Below, in pieces: positions 41,701-51,700 of a DNA stretch of 64,000 nucleotides. The position numbers were made by a program, and so were the translations under genes. Below the pieces are notes generated by a model. That model did no database searches. It was not told the origin of the DNA and saw only the letters and a program-made list of their open reading frames with translations. Positions within the stretch are counted from its first letter, which is position 1; the number at the start of each line of letters is the position of its first letter. Source of the DNA: Amphiscolops sp. MND2022 (taxonomy: Eukaryota); NCBI GenBank assembly GCA_964187785.1, contig OZ076409.1, positions 24,244,001-24,308,000 of the forward strand. The letters are read 5' to 3'.

Positions 41701-42157
41701 TAACACAATTATGGAATGTTTTAGATTCGTTTGACAAAATCCCAACATTCGAATAGTTCAATAACACTTTCGTTAAAGAGCAAAACACAATGAGCAAAAA
41801 ATACCTGATTGAGCAAGATTTCAAGAAAACGGACATTTTAAAATGAAAGCTAGAGGTTGGAGCATTGAAAAACGAGTGAAAATATCCAAAATGTAAGCCT
41901 AAAACCTAACCAATTATCTTAACCAAATGATTAATATTGAGGTTAAAATGCTCTGTGATAATCCCTTTACCTAGCGGAGCCTTTTTTTCAGACGAGCCTC
42001 CTTCAGGGTTGCGGTAAATCTCGGGGGTAAGTTGTCCAAGGGAGCGACTGGGGGATGCAGCCCTGGAAGACCGATTAGAGCTGGGGAGAGATAGTTCTAT
42101 AGGGCCATTCATTGAAGAACCCATTTTTCCAAAGGCGTTGTGAGCTGGAATTGTCAT
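8652..42157 (-). CDS. Syt: Synaptotagmin-like tandem C2A-C2B protein, spliced: 42157-41971, 41552-41164, 28266-28143, 19834-19663, 8784-8652
   Basis: All four introns are GT-AG with matching phases (1,0,1,2). The joined frame is open and gives the LGQLTPEIY linker, C2A, C2B (SLCY...AMDISGSSDPYVKV...VVDYDK...DLIG) and terminal WHNL motif. Subtype not assignable; the N-terminus may be incomplete. Confidence 0.92.
9031..9283 (+). repeat. Gypsy 5' LTR
   Basis: Direct repeat of 14667-14919 with 5 substitutions; terminal CA changed to CG. Confidence 0.97.
9330..14502 (+). pseudogene. pol: Gypsy gag-pol polyprotein, about 8 frameshifts/stops
   Basis: Zinc knuckles CRFC...HKC and CNNCGKKGHFARAC; protease IDTGS; RT KIDLDYAYGQ...YGL...WLDD; RNase H TDAS...YSIGEL...TDHQAL; integrase HFGH...CIAC, IDF, SDKG, VER. 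Confidence 0.95.
14667..14919 (+). repeat. Gypsy 3' LTR
   Basis: TGTCA...GAACA immediately after the G-rich PPT. Confidence 0.97.
15535..17750 (+). pseudogene. pol: BEL/Pao pol 3' half (RNase H, integrase, C-terminal domain), disrupted
   Basis: SWDD.LP, LHLFCDAS, AKTKVAP...PRLELCAA, NPA.PASRG, HGG...WIP...C..C, GLDFAG, LNSRP, LTPAHF, KVGDIV...WPLAKI motifs. Confidence 0.93.
17859..18651 (+). repeat. Putative 3' LTR of the BEL/Pao fragment (interrupted by a MITE)
   Basis: TGTTCT...AGAACA termini, preceded by G-rich AAGGCAGGCGG about 100 bp after the pol stop. No second LTR to confirm. Confidence 0.55.
18398..18620. mobile_element. Short non-autonomous DNA element with CCCG...CGGG ends and 2-bp TSD (CMC/EnSpm-like)
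   Basis: Imperfect TIR CCCGAGTCGACAACCCAGGG / CCCGTACTGACAACCCATGG, TG on both flanks, internal ATCGGTGGCC repeats. Confidence 0.7.
19106..19647. repeat. Dispersed repeat, inverted copy of 29417-29961
   Basis: Colinear reverse-complement similarity over about 540 bp, e.g. shared CTCTGGAATCGACAGGAG and TTATTAGGATTCTCGTCA. Confidence 0.9.
19663..19834 (-). CDS. Syt: Synaptotagmin-like C2B exon (middle)
   Basis: DPYVKVWQMINSKRHRKRKTQVMKRTTFPVFNESFIFEVDCVTIEKMAFIVTVVDYDK; acceptor TTTCAG, donor AA/GTAGGT; 172 nt. Confidence 0.95.
20951..25264. repeat. Tandem triplication of a 1437-1438 bp unit
   Basis: Unit starts CACTTATTCAAG at 20951, 22389 and 23826; copies differ at only a few positions. 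Confidence 0.98.
26396..27324 (+). mobile_element. Tc1-family transposon, internally deleted
   Basis: TA-flanked TIRs CAGTCATGAAAAAAGTTTTCGTAG / CAGTCGTGGAAAAAGTTTTCGTAG. Remnant SGRPRKVT..ER, AAPKP, WVKVIF and C-terminal SLPKRIESV..AGG; DDE core missing. Confidence 0.92.
28143..28266 (-). CDS. Syt: Synaptotagmin-like C2B exon (N-terminal part)
   Basis: ESEGNKGKLSISLCYMPGAKRMSVTIHKAIQLKAMDISGSS, in a different frame from the ORF track. Acceptor TTTAG, donor CAG/GTTAGA; 124 nt. Confidence 0.93.
29099..30584. repeat. Spacer-less palindrome (arms about 220 bp, centre CATG 30365-30368) with left arm interrupted by an insertion
   Basis: 29099-29267 plus 30317-30366 is the reverse complement of 30367-30584; flanked by AATAAGATCT-type motif arrays. 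Confidence 0.9.
29268..30314. mobile_element. Non-autonomous CCCGGG-ended element with 2-bp TSD (CMC/EnSpm-like)
   Basis: Ends CCCGGGTTGACCC / GCGTCGACCCGGG. AC is duplicated relative to the intact palindrome arm. Subterminal AAGATCTT repeats; a reversed end copy lies at about 30895-31001. Confidence 0.85.
31946..32373. mobile_element. hAT-type MITE
   Basis: TIR TAGGGTTGTGCAATTA / TAATTGCACAGCCCTA, perfect 8-bp TSD GTGAGGAG, subterminal TCGGTT repeats. Confidence 0.93.
32600..40990 (-). pseudogene. Decayed nested gene fragments in the large Syt intron, including a RING-like remnant
   Basis: About 39800-39990 reads *HSFRRECIEKH...VNCQWCQQK, followed in another frame by DFPKKLLTNIVE. Phase-compatible exon-like pieces at 34596-34347 and 33403-33352. 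Many stops elsewhere. Confidence 0.4.
38076..38099. repeat. (GA)n microsatellite
   Basis: About 12 GA units. Confidence 0.9.
41164..41552 (-). CDS. Syt: Synaptotagmin-like C2A exon
   Basis: GKLYFSLEYCFQRNQLKVFIERASGL...DPQAEVSL...TKVQKKTANPIFDEFFVF...LIGHF; acceptor CAG, donor AAT/GTTAGT. Confidence 0.93.
41971..42157 (-). CDS. Syt: Synaptotagmin-like first visible coding exon (linker before C2A)
   Basis: MTIPAHNAFGK...SLGQLTPEIYRNPEGGSSEKKAPLG; donor CTAG/GTAAAG, phase 1. The 5' boundary is uncertain. Confidence 0.8.
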
Positions 42158-43266
42158 CTTTTTGCCTCTCAGAGCAAACAGAGCGCTTAAACAACAAAGT
42201 ATTGGTTATATGCCTTCTGATCAGTTTTTATAATGAAAAACCGGAGAAATTTGCAGAAAATTGGCAAATGAGCAAACAGACACGCTTGGTTTCCATAGGG
42301 CGCGAGAAACAGGGAGTCAATGATGTAAAGAGCGGCTAGTAGATAAACAATAGCTTCTGAGTGCATGAAATTGCACTTGAGAAATTTATACAACAATTAT
42401 ATAAAATTCACTGAGAAGGCTTTTCCCGACACAGATAAAAACACAGTGCTTTGAGCTGCAGCAGTTGAAGAATCATCGTGGCTTTAGCTGCTTGACAAAA
42501 TGTGAAGCTAAGAGGTGTGAAAAGCTTAAGAAAGGTGTGAAAAATCTCTTCGCGCTTATTTATATCTTGTTTATCAACCAATTCCTGATTTCATCCGTTC
42601 ATCTGCATTCATTCCTTGCAAATTATTTTCTAGTATGAAACGCTCTCGTGTCAATTTATGAAGCGCGTACCAACTACCTACCAGCTCCCGAAGTGAAAAT
42701 GTACGGTATCTCACGTCTGAACCACTGTCGTCGCCGCCGCTACACACACCAAATTAACTTCCCATTGCATGGAACATTTTCTAACAGAGATCCCTTGCGC
42801 CTTATTAGCATCAAAAATGTAGCTCAAAGGAAACAAGCTTTCGTCAAGTTTCTTGGCATATGCTCATTACTAGCTGCGAACTTTGTCAAAAAATTGCCAT
42901 TAAAATTCAACAACCATAGTCATGGGTTTAAAATGTCACTAAAATGTAAAAAACATGTTTTTGATTCAAGGATAGAAAAAAGATTTAAAACAAAACAGTT
43001 GCATGAAATATTCAATTCTCTAGCATTCATCATCCTAGGGTAACTTAATATTTTTAAATATTTCAATCGAAAAGAAAACTCCACATTTCGAATATTGAAG
43101 ATTGTGAGGCACTTTTCAGCGGAACAAAGTTGAATTTTGGGTTTAGGCGTCCCTGGCTCACGCTTATGAATTTGAAAGCCAAGATACTCCCGTTTGTGAA
43201 AAAATCTGCTGAGCTAATTTTGACTTTCAAATACTTTCATCAGTTTTTCATTTTGAAATAATTCAA

Positions 43267-43502
43267 TTGAAATATACCTAGATGACAACTCTAGACTTAG
43301 ACTATTTATGTTATGCTTATTTATAATTAGTCTGTAGTGTGTCTGAAGTACCTGCCACTTCATATTGCACTTATTATGCAAGTTACACTTAGTAACTTGA
43401 GTTTAGTGCGAAGAATGTGCGAAAACAGTTTATGTCAATAATCTTTCTTACTTGGAATAAGTATACAACATGGCGCAGTCAGATTAACCCTGAGCTGGAA
43501 CC
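43267..43502 (+). mobile_element. Gypsy-type LTR end plus PBS fragment
   Basis: ...AATAAGTATACAACA followed by TGGCGCAGTCAG at 43471, identical to the first 12 nt after the 5' LTR at 9284. Confidence 0.65.
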
Positions 43503-43571
43503 TTCAGCGGAACAAAGTTGAATTTTGGGTTTAGGCGTCCCTGGCTCACGCTTATGAATTTGAAAGCCAAG

Positions 43572-44502
43572 TAGGGTTTGACATATACTAGTATCGAAAA
43601 TCTTGCTACTAGTATCTACTAGTAGATACTAGTATCGGTACTAGTATCGATACTAGTATCAGCTTTGAAGACAAGAAAATGGGAATCACAAGAAATAAAG
43701 TTCCAAATAAAAAACCGTCACGGTATTAAAGGTGTATTAAATTGGAGATTATTCAAAATGAAACATGGTATTTTCAGAGTCACCGCGAAAAGCACGATTC
43801 ATGTAAACAAACACCAGCTTATTGACTCGCAAGTTAACTAATCGGTTTCGTCTCTTCGAATGAATCAAGTCGAAGACACTCCAGGCGCGCTCGGAATCTG
43901 CCGATGAAGTAGGACACGAAAACACTCGAAGGGCAATACGGGCTAATGCAGGGTACTCTGTGCGGCCGTAAACGGACCAGTACGTTAGTGGGTTAACTTC
44001 TGCTCCATTGGGTGACGACTCCAATACAAATTTAGCAAGAAAGCGCTCCAACTCTTCCGTAGCCTGGTTTTGTTCATCCTCACTGGTAAAGTAGACTTTT
44101 AAAGTAGTCCAATACAGTTTCCGGAGCGCTTGTGGTTGCCCAGTTTTTGTTTGTTCCAAATAATTGCCTTTGAACAAACCCTGCATTTGCCATTTTTTCC
44201 ATTTCTGTCAGTTAAATAATCGGATATGTTAATTGAATCCATGTCTGAAATGATTCAACCGAGCAAGGCTGTGCACTGAGTCGATTGAGCTTTGCGCTTA
44301 CACAAACAAATCACGCAGCACTGACATTTCTGAGAAATACGGGACCTAAATCAGCCGTACAGCTTCTCCGCTGCACTGACATTTCTGAGAAATACAGTGA
44401 CCAAATCAGCTGCGATACTAGTATCAAAAATTTTGTTACTAGTATATACTAGTACTGATACTAGTAGAAAATTATACTAGTACTGGTACCGGTCAAACCC
44501 TA
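43572..44502 (-). mobile_element. Internally deleted hAT transposon
   Basis: TIR TAGGGTTTGAC / GTCAAACCCTA, perfect 8-bp TSD AAGCCAAG, subterminal ACTAGT repeats. Confidence 0.96.
43749..44186 (-). CDS. 145-aa ORF with hAT C-terminal dimerisation domain
   Basis: PLTYW...EYPALARIALRVFSCPTSSADSERAWS...SKRRNRL motif; uninterrupted from ATG to stop. Confidence 0.75.
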   Translation of the reverse strand: MQGLFKGNYLEQTKTGQPQALRKLYWTTLKVYFTSEDEQNQATEELERFLAKFVLESSPNGAEVNPLTYWSVYGRTEYPALARIALRVFSCPTSSADSERAWSVFDLIHSKRRNRLVNLRVNKLVFVYMNRAFRGDSENTMFHFE

Positions 44503-45629
44503 AAGCCAAGATACTCCTGTTCGTGAAAAAATCTGCTGAGCTAATTTTGATTTTCAAAAGTTTTCATTAGTTTTTCATTTTGAAATAATTCAAAGATTGG
44601 AATTATTTATTTTTGAGGCTCAAGCGGAGCGTATCTTGAACTACACTTTTGAATTTTTTTTTTTAAAAAAAACATGTTTTCTAATTAGAAGCGTTTTTTT
44701 AAAAAGTGTATCTCAAAATACGCTCCGCTTGAGCCTCAAAAACAAATATTTCAAATCATTGAAATATTTCAAAATGGAAGGTTAATGAAAAAATTTGAAA
44801 ATCGAAATTAGCTCAGCAGATTTTTTCATAAACATGAGTATTTTGGCTTTCAAATACATAAGTGTGAGCCAGGGACGCCCACACCCAAAATTCAACATCG
44901 TTCGACTAAAAAGTGTCTCACAAACTTCAATATTCAAAATTTGGAACTTTCTTTTCAATTGAAAAATTAACAATATTAAATTACTCTAGGATGATGAGTG
45001 CTAGAGAAGTCAATAATTCATGGTAACTGTTTGTTTCAAATGGCAACTGTTTGTCTTAAGAGACATCCGTGACATCTGCAACATTTTTCTCTTCGAAGGA
45101 ATAGTTCTCCAGAACTATTCTAGGTCGCGATTTGGTTTGGTTTTTGCGTTGATAACTCCACAAGACCCTGGGCAACACTTTAGCCAAAAAAAAATATAAA
45201 AAATGACTTCATAGGTTTTTGACCAAAACATTCCGGTGTTGGCAACCAATCGCTCGGGTTTTTCATAGTATTCACTGAATCCTCGGAACTACATGTGATG
45301 AAACGGTTCCACTCAAGGTTTTTGTCTTGTTTCGAACTTTTGATTTTTCACAAAAAATTTCCTCTTTGTTTTTTTTAAGTTTTCAGTTAGGCAATACGTT
45401 TCAAGAGCGTAAAGAATCACACTTTCCTGTTTTTCGGCGAAGGAATTTTCTCGAAAGAAACACGTCAGTTTAGCTTTCTTTGATCTTTTCAGTTTGAGAC
45501 GGTTTTCCGAAAACGAAGTGCTGTTTTGGGGTCTTTTCGGTACCTTCATTTTCGTGAGATTTTCCTTTCAAAAACACTGAGCCTGTCGAAGATTTTTGTT
45601 TTCTGACACTTAAGCAGAGCCCCAATTTG

Positions 45630-45797
45630 GCGTACAGCGACAACTCATATCAAGCGACAACTCATATCAGGCGACAACTCATATTAGGCGACAACTCATT
45701 TCAGGCGACAACTCATATCAGGCGACAACTCATATCAATTTGAAATAGCGACAACTCATTACAAGCGATAACTCGTATCAATCGAAACTCATATCAA
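45630..45797. repeat. 17-bp tandem repeat (GCGACAACTCATATCAG, about 9 copies), probable end of another DNA transposon
   Basis: Head-to-tail units with no unique spacers, starting after GGCGTACA. Confidence 0.85.
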
Positions 45798-45803
45798 TCT
45801 AAT

Positions 45804-48487
45804 GGTTACATGACAAAATCTCCTAAGTCAAAATCTCCTAAGTTAAAATCTCCTAAGTTAAAATCTCCTTAGTCTAAATCTCCTAAGTTAAAATCTCGTA
45901 AGTTAAAATCTCCTAAGTTAAAATCTCCTAGACCTAATTCTCCTAGGTCAAAATCTCCTAAAATTAGAATAGAAGAAACTCATCGAAAGACAACTCGCCA
46001 ACCTAATTGAAGCGGAAAGCTGTTCGATTAAGAACAAAGGCTAACCTCGTTATATGTGGAGCGTGAGAATAATAGGCGTCCCAATAAAACTGAACGCGTA
46101 TTGAAACATTGATTTAGCGTTAGCAATAATATTTGTCAACATGTCTGAGATTCACTTTCAAATTTAAAAGGTCACACTGTCAATCATCAAAACAATATTA
46201 TATCGAACTTGCTCAATTCCAATATTTTGCATTGCCGAACTGTCAACCATCACAATAGATCTCAATGACCGCAATTGAGTTAGAAACCTCAATGTGTTCA
46301 AGTACAGATTCTTTTCAGGTCAAATGCAGCCAAAACCTTAAAGTACCAAACAAAATGTATACTGTTTGTCGTTCGATTTTAGAAGTTTTCAGACATATAC
46401 CTGACGAAAGTGTGAACCTTTCTTAGCTTCATTTGTTCCTTCAGATGCTGCGTAGCATCTCAAAAAAAGAAATACCTTAAGAGCAAACTTTCAATGTTTC
46501 TGACGATGGCTAAACGGTGTATTTGCTAAAAGGGAGCCAACCTTTAGTCCGAACTTGTCATCTCGTCACAAGTGTTAACGCACTGAGATTAAATTGCCTT
46601 GTTAGTCACGTAAATACACTTAGACTGTTCCGGGAGGCTGTAAGGAACATCAGATCAGAGACATTAAAAGTTGAATTGCAAATTTTTGCATTAAAATAAA
46701 TGCACAAAAAAAGTTTTATTGTAAATGCCCCATTGCCCTCGGAAAAATCACTTTATCGTCGGAGTTGTAGTTTGAGCAAATTTTCTGAACGCGTTCATTC
46801 AAAAGTCGGTATCTTTTCCTTGTTGGATTTTCTGCTCCAGCCAGTCCTTGTAGGGTGTTGAACTTGTGTACTAAGGAGTCTTTTTTATTCTGGCGCATAA
46901 AAGTCCACAAATTGGGATGAGTTCCTTGAAACAGCGATTGCAAGCCAAAATGCCAGCCTTCCGTAGCATTGTTTGTTCGTGCCAAACCTTCTAGGGCTGA
47001 TGTCGATTGATTCCATATTGAAGCGGGGAAACTTGGAGGGCGATAAACATTTCCAATTTTATGGCCGATGTACGTTTTTTGGAAGTACCCGGCAACAGCA
47101 TCAATTTTTTTGTCAAGTCATCGCTGAGAGATAATTTTTCCACTTCAGCTATGACTTCTTCCACGGCAAGGTCAAAACCTTCCTCAACTTCGTTAGTTGG
47201 AAGGAATGATAGCGCGGGAATCATGCGGAGGCTCAGAGCAAGCTCTGCATGTTGTTCGTAAATTGATTTCAAACCCACTGAATTTATTTTCCTCATAAAT
47301 GACTGGCAAAGATGAAAAAAGCAGCCCGATAAGTTGGATGCTGGAAATTGTTTCTGGAATGCGTTCATTGCTGCCTTTTCGAAATCAAGCAATATTCTAG
47401 TGAGTTGCGCTCGAGGTATTAGGTCTTTTGTTGCAGCTAGCATCCGGTCATATGTTCTCTCTGTTTTGTTTGGGAGAAGAATATATACACAGGGTGGATT
47501 ATATCCATTGGTTGTAATATGGATAGTAAAAAGTTGGAAAAAAATCTCAGGGCAAATTTTGAATGTACCATCTGCTAACCACAATAAATCTAATGATTCC
47601 ATCAACTCTAGTAAAGAACGCTGCCCAAAAACAAGAGTTCGCTCTTTATCATCTTTGCCAGTGTCGTGAAGAAGGAAGTCTGCGAATTCCGAGGGCACGT
47701 CAAAATGTCTTGTATTGGGCACTGAACCTTGCGTTTCAAGATTTTTGCGGCGATGTCTGTTGAGCGTTCTTGTAATGAGATCTTTTTTTGGGATGGAAAG
47801 CTGTACCGGAATATTATCAGTAACATTTACCAAGCTAGTCGCAATTGCATCTACATTTCCTGTATATAAGGCAGTTTCTTTCATGGCATTGACAAGTTTT
47901 CTTGCTTCGGTTTCCCCAGGCACGAAACGGCAACAGTGTTCTTGTGGGTATTTGGTGATCAAATCACCGCAAGTGATGACTGTCGATCGGCATTTGAACT
48001 GCCTGTTGTAGCGTCAAATCCAATGGATGGTTGTTTTTGTTTGTTGTTTCTTAGTAAATTCGTACCCATTGTAGATCAGGGTATCTTTACTTTTGTTGGA
48101 GCGACCGATTTCAAAATTCATTTTGCACACAAATGTTTATGGAAATAACAAGATTGTTGGTAATTTCGGTATTTTCACACCTTTTGGTGAATCCAGTCGA
48201 CCATCTTTAATAGTCAATTACGTTTTCGTCACGTTACTTTATTCGCGTAAATGAAAACGGTGTGGTGGTCGTTTTAATTACCTTCAGTCATTTGTCAATT
48301 ATGTAATAGTCTTTCAATGACTGTCTCAGCTATTATTGCTTAATCAAAGTTACTTTCACACTATGAAATTCAATTTAGGAGATTATGACCTAGGAGATTT
48401 AGGTCTAGGAGATTTTAGCTTAGGAGATTTAGGTCTAGGAGATTTTAACTTAGGAGATTTTAACTTAGGGGATTTTGACCTGATACC
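45804..48487 (-). mobile_element. Mutator-like (MULE) transposon
   Basis: 9-bp TSD CAATCTAAT at 45795-45803 and 48488-48496. TIRs are built from the 15-mer AAAATCTCCTAAGTT. Transposase inside. Confidence 0.95.
46716..48121 (-). pseudogene. MULE transposase with FLYWCH-like N-terminus (one stop, one frameshift)
   Basis: MNFEIGRSNKSKDTLIYNGYEF...HWI*; ADGTFK..P..F.QLFTIH; DFEKAAMNAF...FP....GCFFHLCQ; RTNNATEGWH. Confidence 0.92.
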
Positions 48488-51400
48488 CAATCTAATTCAT
48501 TAGATCATTACGGGAAATTAGTTAATTGGTGAGTATTTATCAAAAAACAATTTTATTTGAAAACATTTTTTTCTAATATTTTGCAACAAACCGGAGGTTC
48601 ACAAAGCCCAAAGGGCCCAAAGGCTTACAACTTGAAAACTTTGCGCTTTTTGAGCTTTAGGTATAGCACTGACTTTGGCTGCTCCCGGCTTGTTTACTTG
48701 TACAGTAACAAGACGCTTTTCGTTTTTGGTACGTAGGGCTCCAGCTCGGAAGCTGCCTGGCGAACGCTGCTGTGGACTTCTTGGGACTGTTCTGTGTTGA
48801 GACGTTAACTGTTGAGATCGTGAACTATCCATTGTTGCAGTTTACTGTCACCTTGGAAGAATTGCCATTTATCTACGATTTTAAAAATGCCGTTTTATTG
48901 ACCTTTCTTCAGAAGTTTTAGGAAGGGTGGTTCTAGTCTGGCATAATGTCTGTTACCTCAGGCAGTCACCGAATGCTGACACTTGCGACATGCTGACAAA
49001 CCGTCTGATATATGGACAAAATATTACATTGTTGAATGGAACGCATTCCGTTTTGTAACGTGACGCAATCTGGTGATGAAAAAAATATTCGAAACAAAAA
49101 GTTACTAATAAGTTAGGCACGTACACATGACTCTTTCAGGATGAATCTGCACGGAACACGAAAAAGTATGAAACATTTCGACATAATTATACAGAAGTTA
49201 TTTGCTTTTTTTCAAGACATTGTTCAAACTGAATCGCTTATCCAGGCATATCAAGTATTTGGTGCTATTTTGGGTTATTTTAGATGAAAATGAGTGCGTC
49301 AGCTAGTTCGTTCTCAAAAAAAATTTAAACACTTTTGCCTTTTAGCTAGATCGTCTTTCTAGACCTCAAAAATATGTAGGAACACCCATTAGGGTTAAGA
49401 AATGTTTTCACGTGGTTAAAGGACGTGTCCAGGCTTACACTACACCGGTGCATCTATCCAGAGCACTAAAAGGAGGATCCTCCTCGCAAATGAAAACTAC
49501 TTCCAGGAGGCTTTTTTATGTTGAAAAGTGGTTTTTGGGATTTGGTAGGACGTAGGTCTCCTGTCTTGACCTTCTAAGTTTTTTCCCACCTCTAGATCGT
49601 GCTCATTCCTCTGGACGCGACATTTTTGACTACAAGAGACAGACTTGCTTTGCTGCTCTTCCTTCTTTCTTCCTAGTGAACTTGGCCCAATAAAATGATG
49701 AAATTTTTCACCATGAAAATTCGACTCCCATGGTACCTATCTTTCATTATTTACGCCGATGTTAGACGCCGAAAAATGCTCTCTGTGGTGGGTCGTCGAT
49801 GTTTTTCCAAAAATACCGGCTTTTTAAGAGTGAAGTTCGGGCTTTCTTTAAATAGAGAAACCCTGTTTCGGAGTATTTTTGACAAAAAAACAACGAATGA
49901 AACTTTTATAGTCGCTAGTGGTTAGATATACTTCTACTGATATGTTGACAGACACCAGTAGCAATCATGTAAAAATATCAAACAACTACAGAAACGATAG
50001 TGCCAAAAAGTAGTAGGATATATCTTTATGGATATTTTAACCTTCATGTTTAATACTTATGTACTCATAGGGATTTTCAATTGAATTAAAAGAAAGCATC
50101 TGTTGCAATGGGTTACTTCTTGAGAAAAAGTTACAGCGAAATTGAGCAGCATTTTTGAACCAGAAAAGGCGAACCAAAAAAGGCTTCTACCTGAAAAAAA
50201 ATTTGCAGATGTTAGTCTGAATATTTTAGCTTGTTAAACTGTTAGACGTGTCATTTGTACACCTTCTCGAAAATCAATTTTTCAGAACGACTGCAACGGA
50301 AAAGTAACCATACGACTGAAAAACTTTGGATAACTTCGAAACAGGTAAAAACAGACAGATTAAAACAGCTATGTTAAAAATGAGTTCACAACATACCTAA
50401 CAGAAACTGAAAAGCTGATAACTTGATATCATTTTTTAACATGACAGGAGCAAGGGTAATAATGTACAGGGGAATGATCCCCCACAATACACAATCAGAT
50501 TTTTGTCACAGATGCAGAATTTTTGAGTTCAGATTTGAAATGTAGGCTTCACATAATGCATCGAGATTGTGCCCATACAAGAAGCCGAAAACAAAAAATT
50601 CCTTTTCAGGATGTTACAATGCCCTTAACAGGAAGACGAAGGATTGTAAAAGGAAATTAGGAAATTCTACAAATTATCCCAAATTATCTGAAATAATGCA
50701 GTCACAAATTTGTCTAGTCTTCGTCCGTTTTAAAAACTGCTTCTTCACTGCAAATTCGCCATAAAAAGAGCAACTCATCTAAAGCAGCTCATATTTAAAA
50801 AGAGCAACTCTTCTTCTTTAAATTGTACAATGATGCTTCAGTGAACGAAGTATCCGATACGCTCTGAAATCGGAAACTTGACTAACTTCAACCGTATAAA
50901 TGAACTTTCAATATTTAACGCGCGAGCAATTTTTCCAGAGTGCCCAGAAAACTTAATCATGCTTGGCCTTAGAGCAGGAAGAGCGTAAAGCAATTTTCAA
51001 AAAAGGTTGAATATGGCTAAAGGATCGTAAATGTTCTGACTTTATTACGAGGAAATATTGTCAATCATTGCCCTCGAAATATTACAAAGGAACGATTTTT
51101 ACGAAGTCTGATTTTCTTACAGTGATAATTAAACCGTAAAAATATCAAACGCGACCACCGGTGGAAATACTGTTGGTCTAAAAGGGATCACTCTGGTGAT
51201 CAATGTTAGCATGGGCAGACGGTTTTCGTTGCCTAAGTCAATCAAGAAAGACAATTGTCTGTGATTGTCCGCATTTCCTTTTTAAAACGTGTTGCCTCAA
51301 GAAAAATGCATGCTTCGTCGTTCTACTTCTTAAAAAACTGAACCGTATCCACAGATGTGCAGTACAGGTTTCATATTCAAACGTTTTATCACAAAAATTT

Positions 51401-51700
51401 GAAAATCACCAAATTCTCCAAGCGGAAATTTAAAATTACATGTGAAAAGATACCAATTTTAGGTTTGAATTGCTGAAAACCGTCACCATTATCAGCATTC
51501 TTATTGTTTTTGAGAAAAATGATATCAGCAAGTTTGAGAGATTTCAAGGTAAATTTCTACTTTTAATTTGAGTAAAAATGTTCACTATTAGCAAAATTGT
51601 AGTTTCTGAACTATTTGAGATTTTGACAACGGAAACTGATTTTTTAATATATATAAAGATGTACGATTTTGCCAAGAGTTTTACGAGGTAAACCTCACAA

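Larger units (their letters stand above)
42985..45040. mobile_element. Palindromic MITE-like element hosting nested insertions
   Basis: 42985-43266 and 44511-44660 match the reverse complement of about 44700-45040 (e.g. GGCGTCCCTGGCTCAC, GAGGCTCAAGCGGAGCGTAT). Confidence 0.8.

Noticed and set aside
45630..45962. CRISPR-like short repeat arrays
   Set aside because: Units are head-to-tail with no unique spacers, no cas genes are present, and the 15-mer array is a MULE TIR.
49490..49690. Minus-strand open stretch (SLGRKKEEQQ...KKASWK) as a Syt exon
   Set aside because: Ends in a stop, has no convincing splice sites and no family motif.
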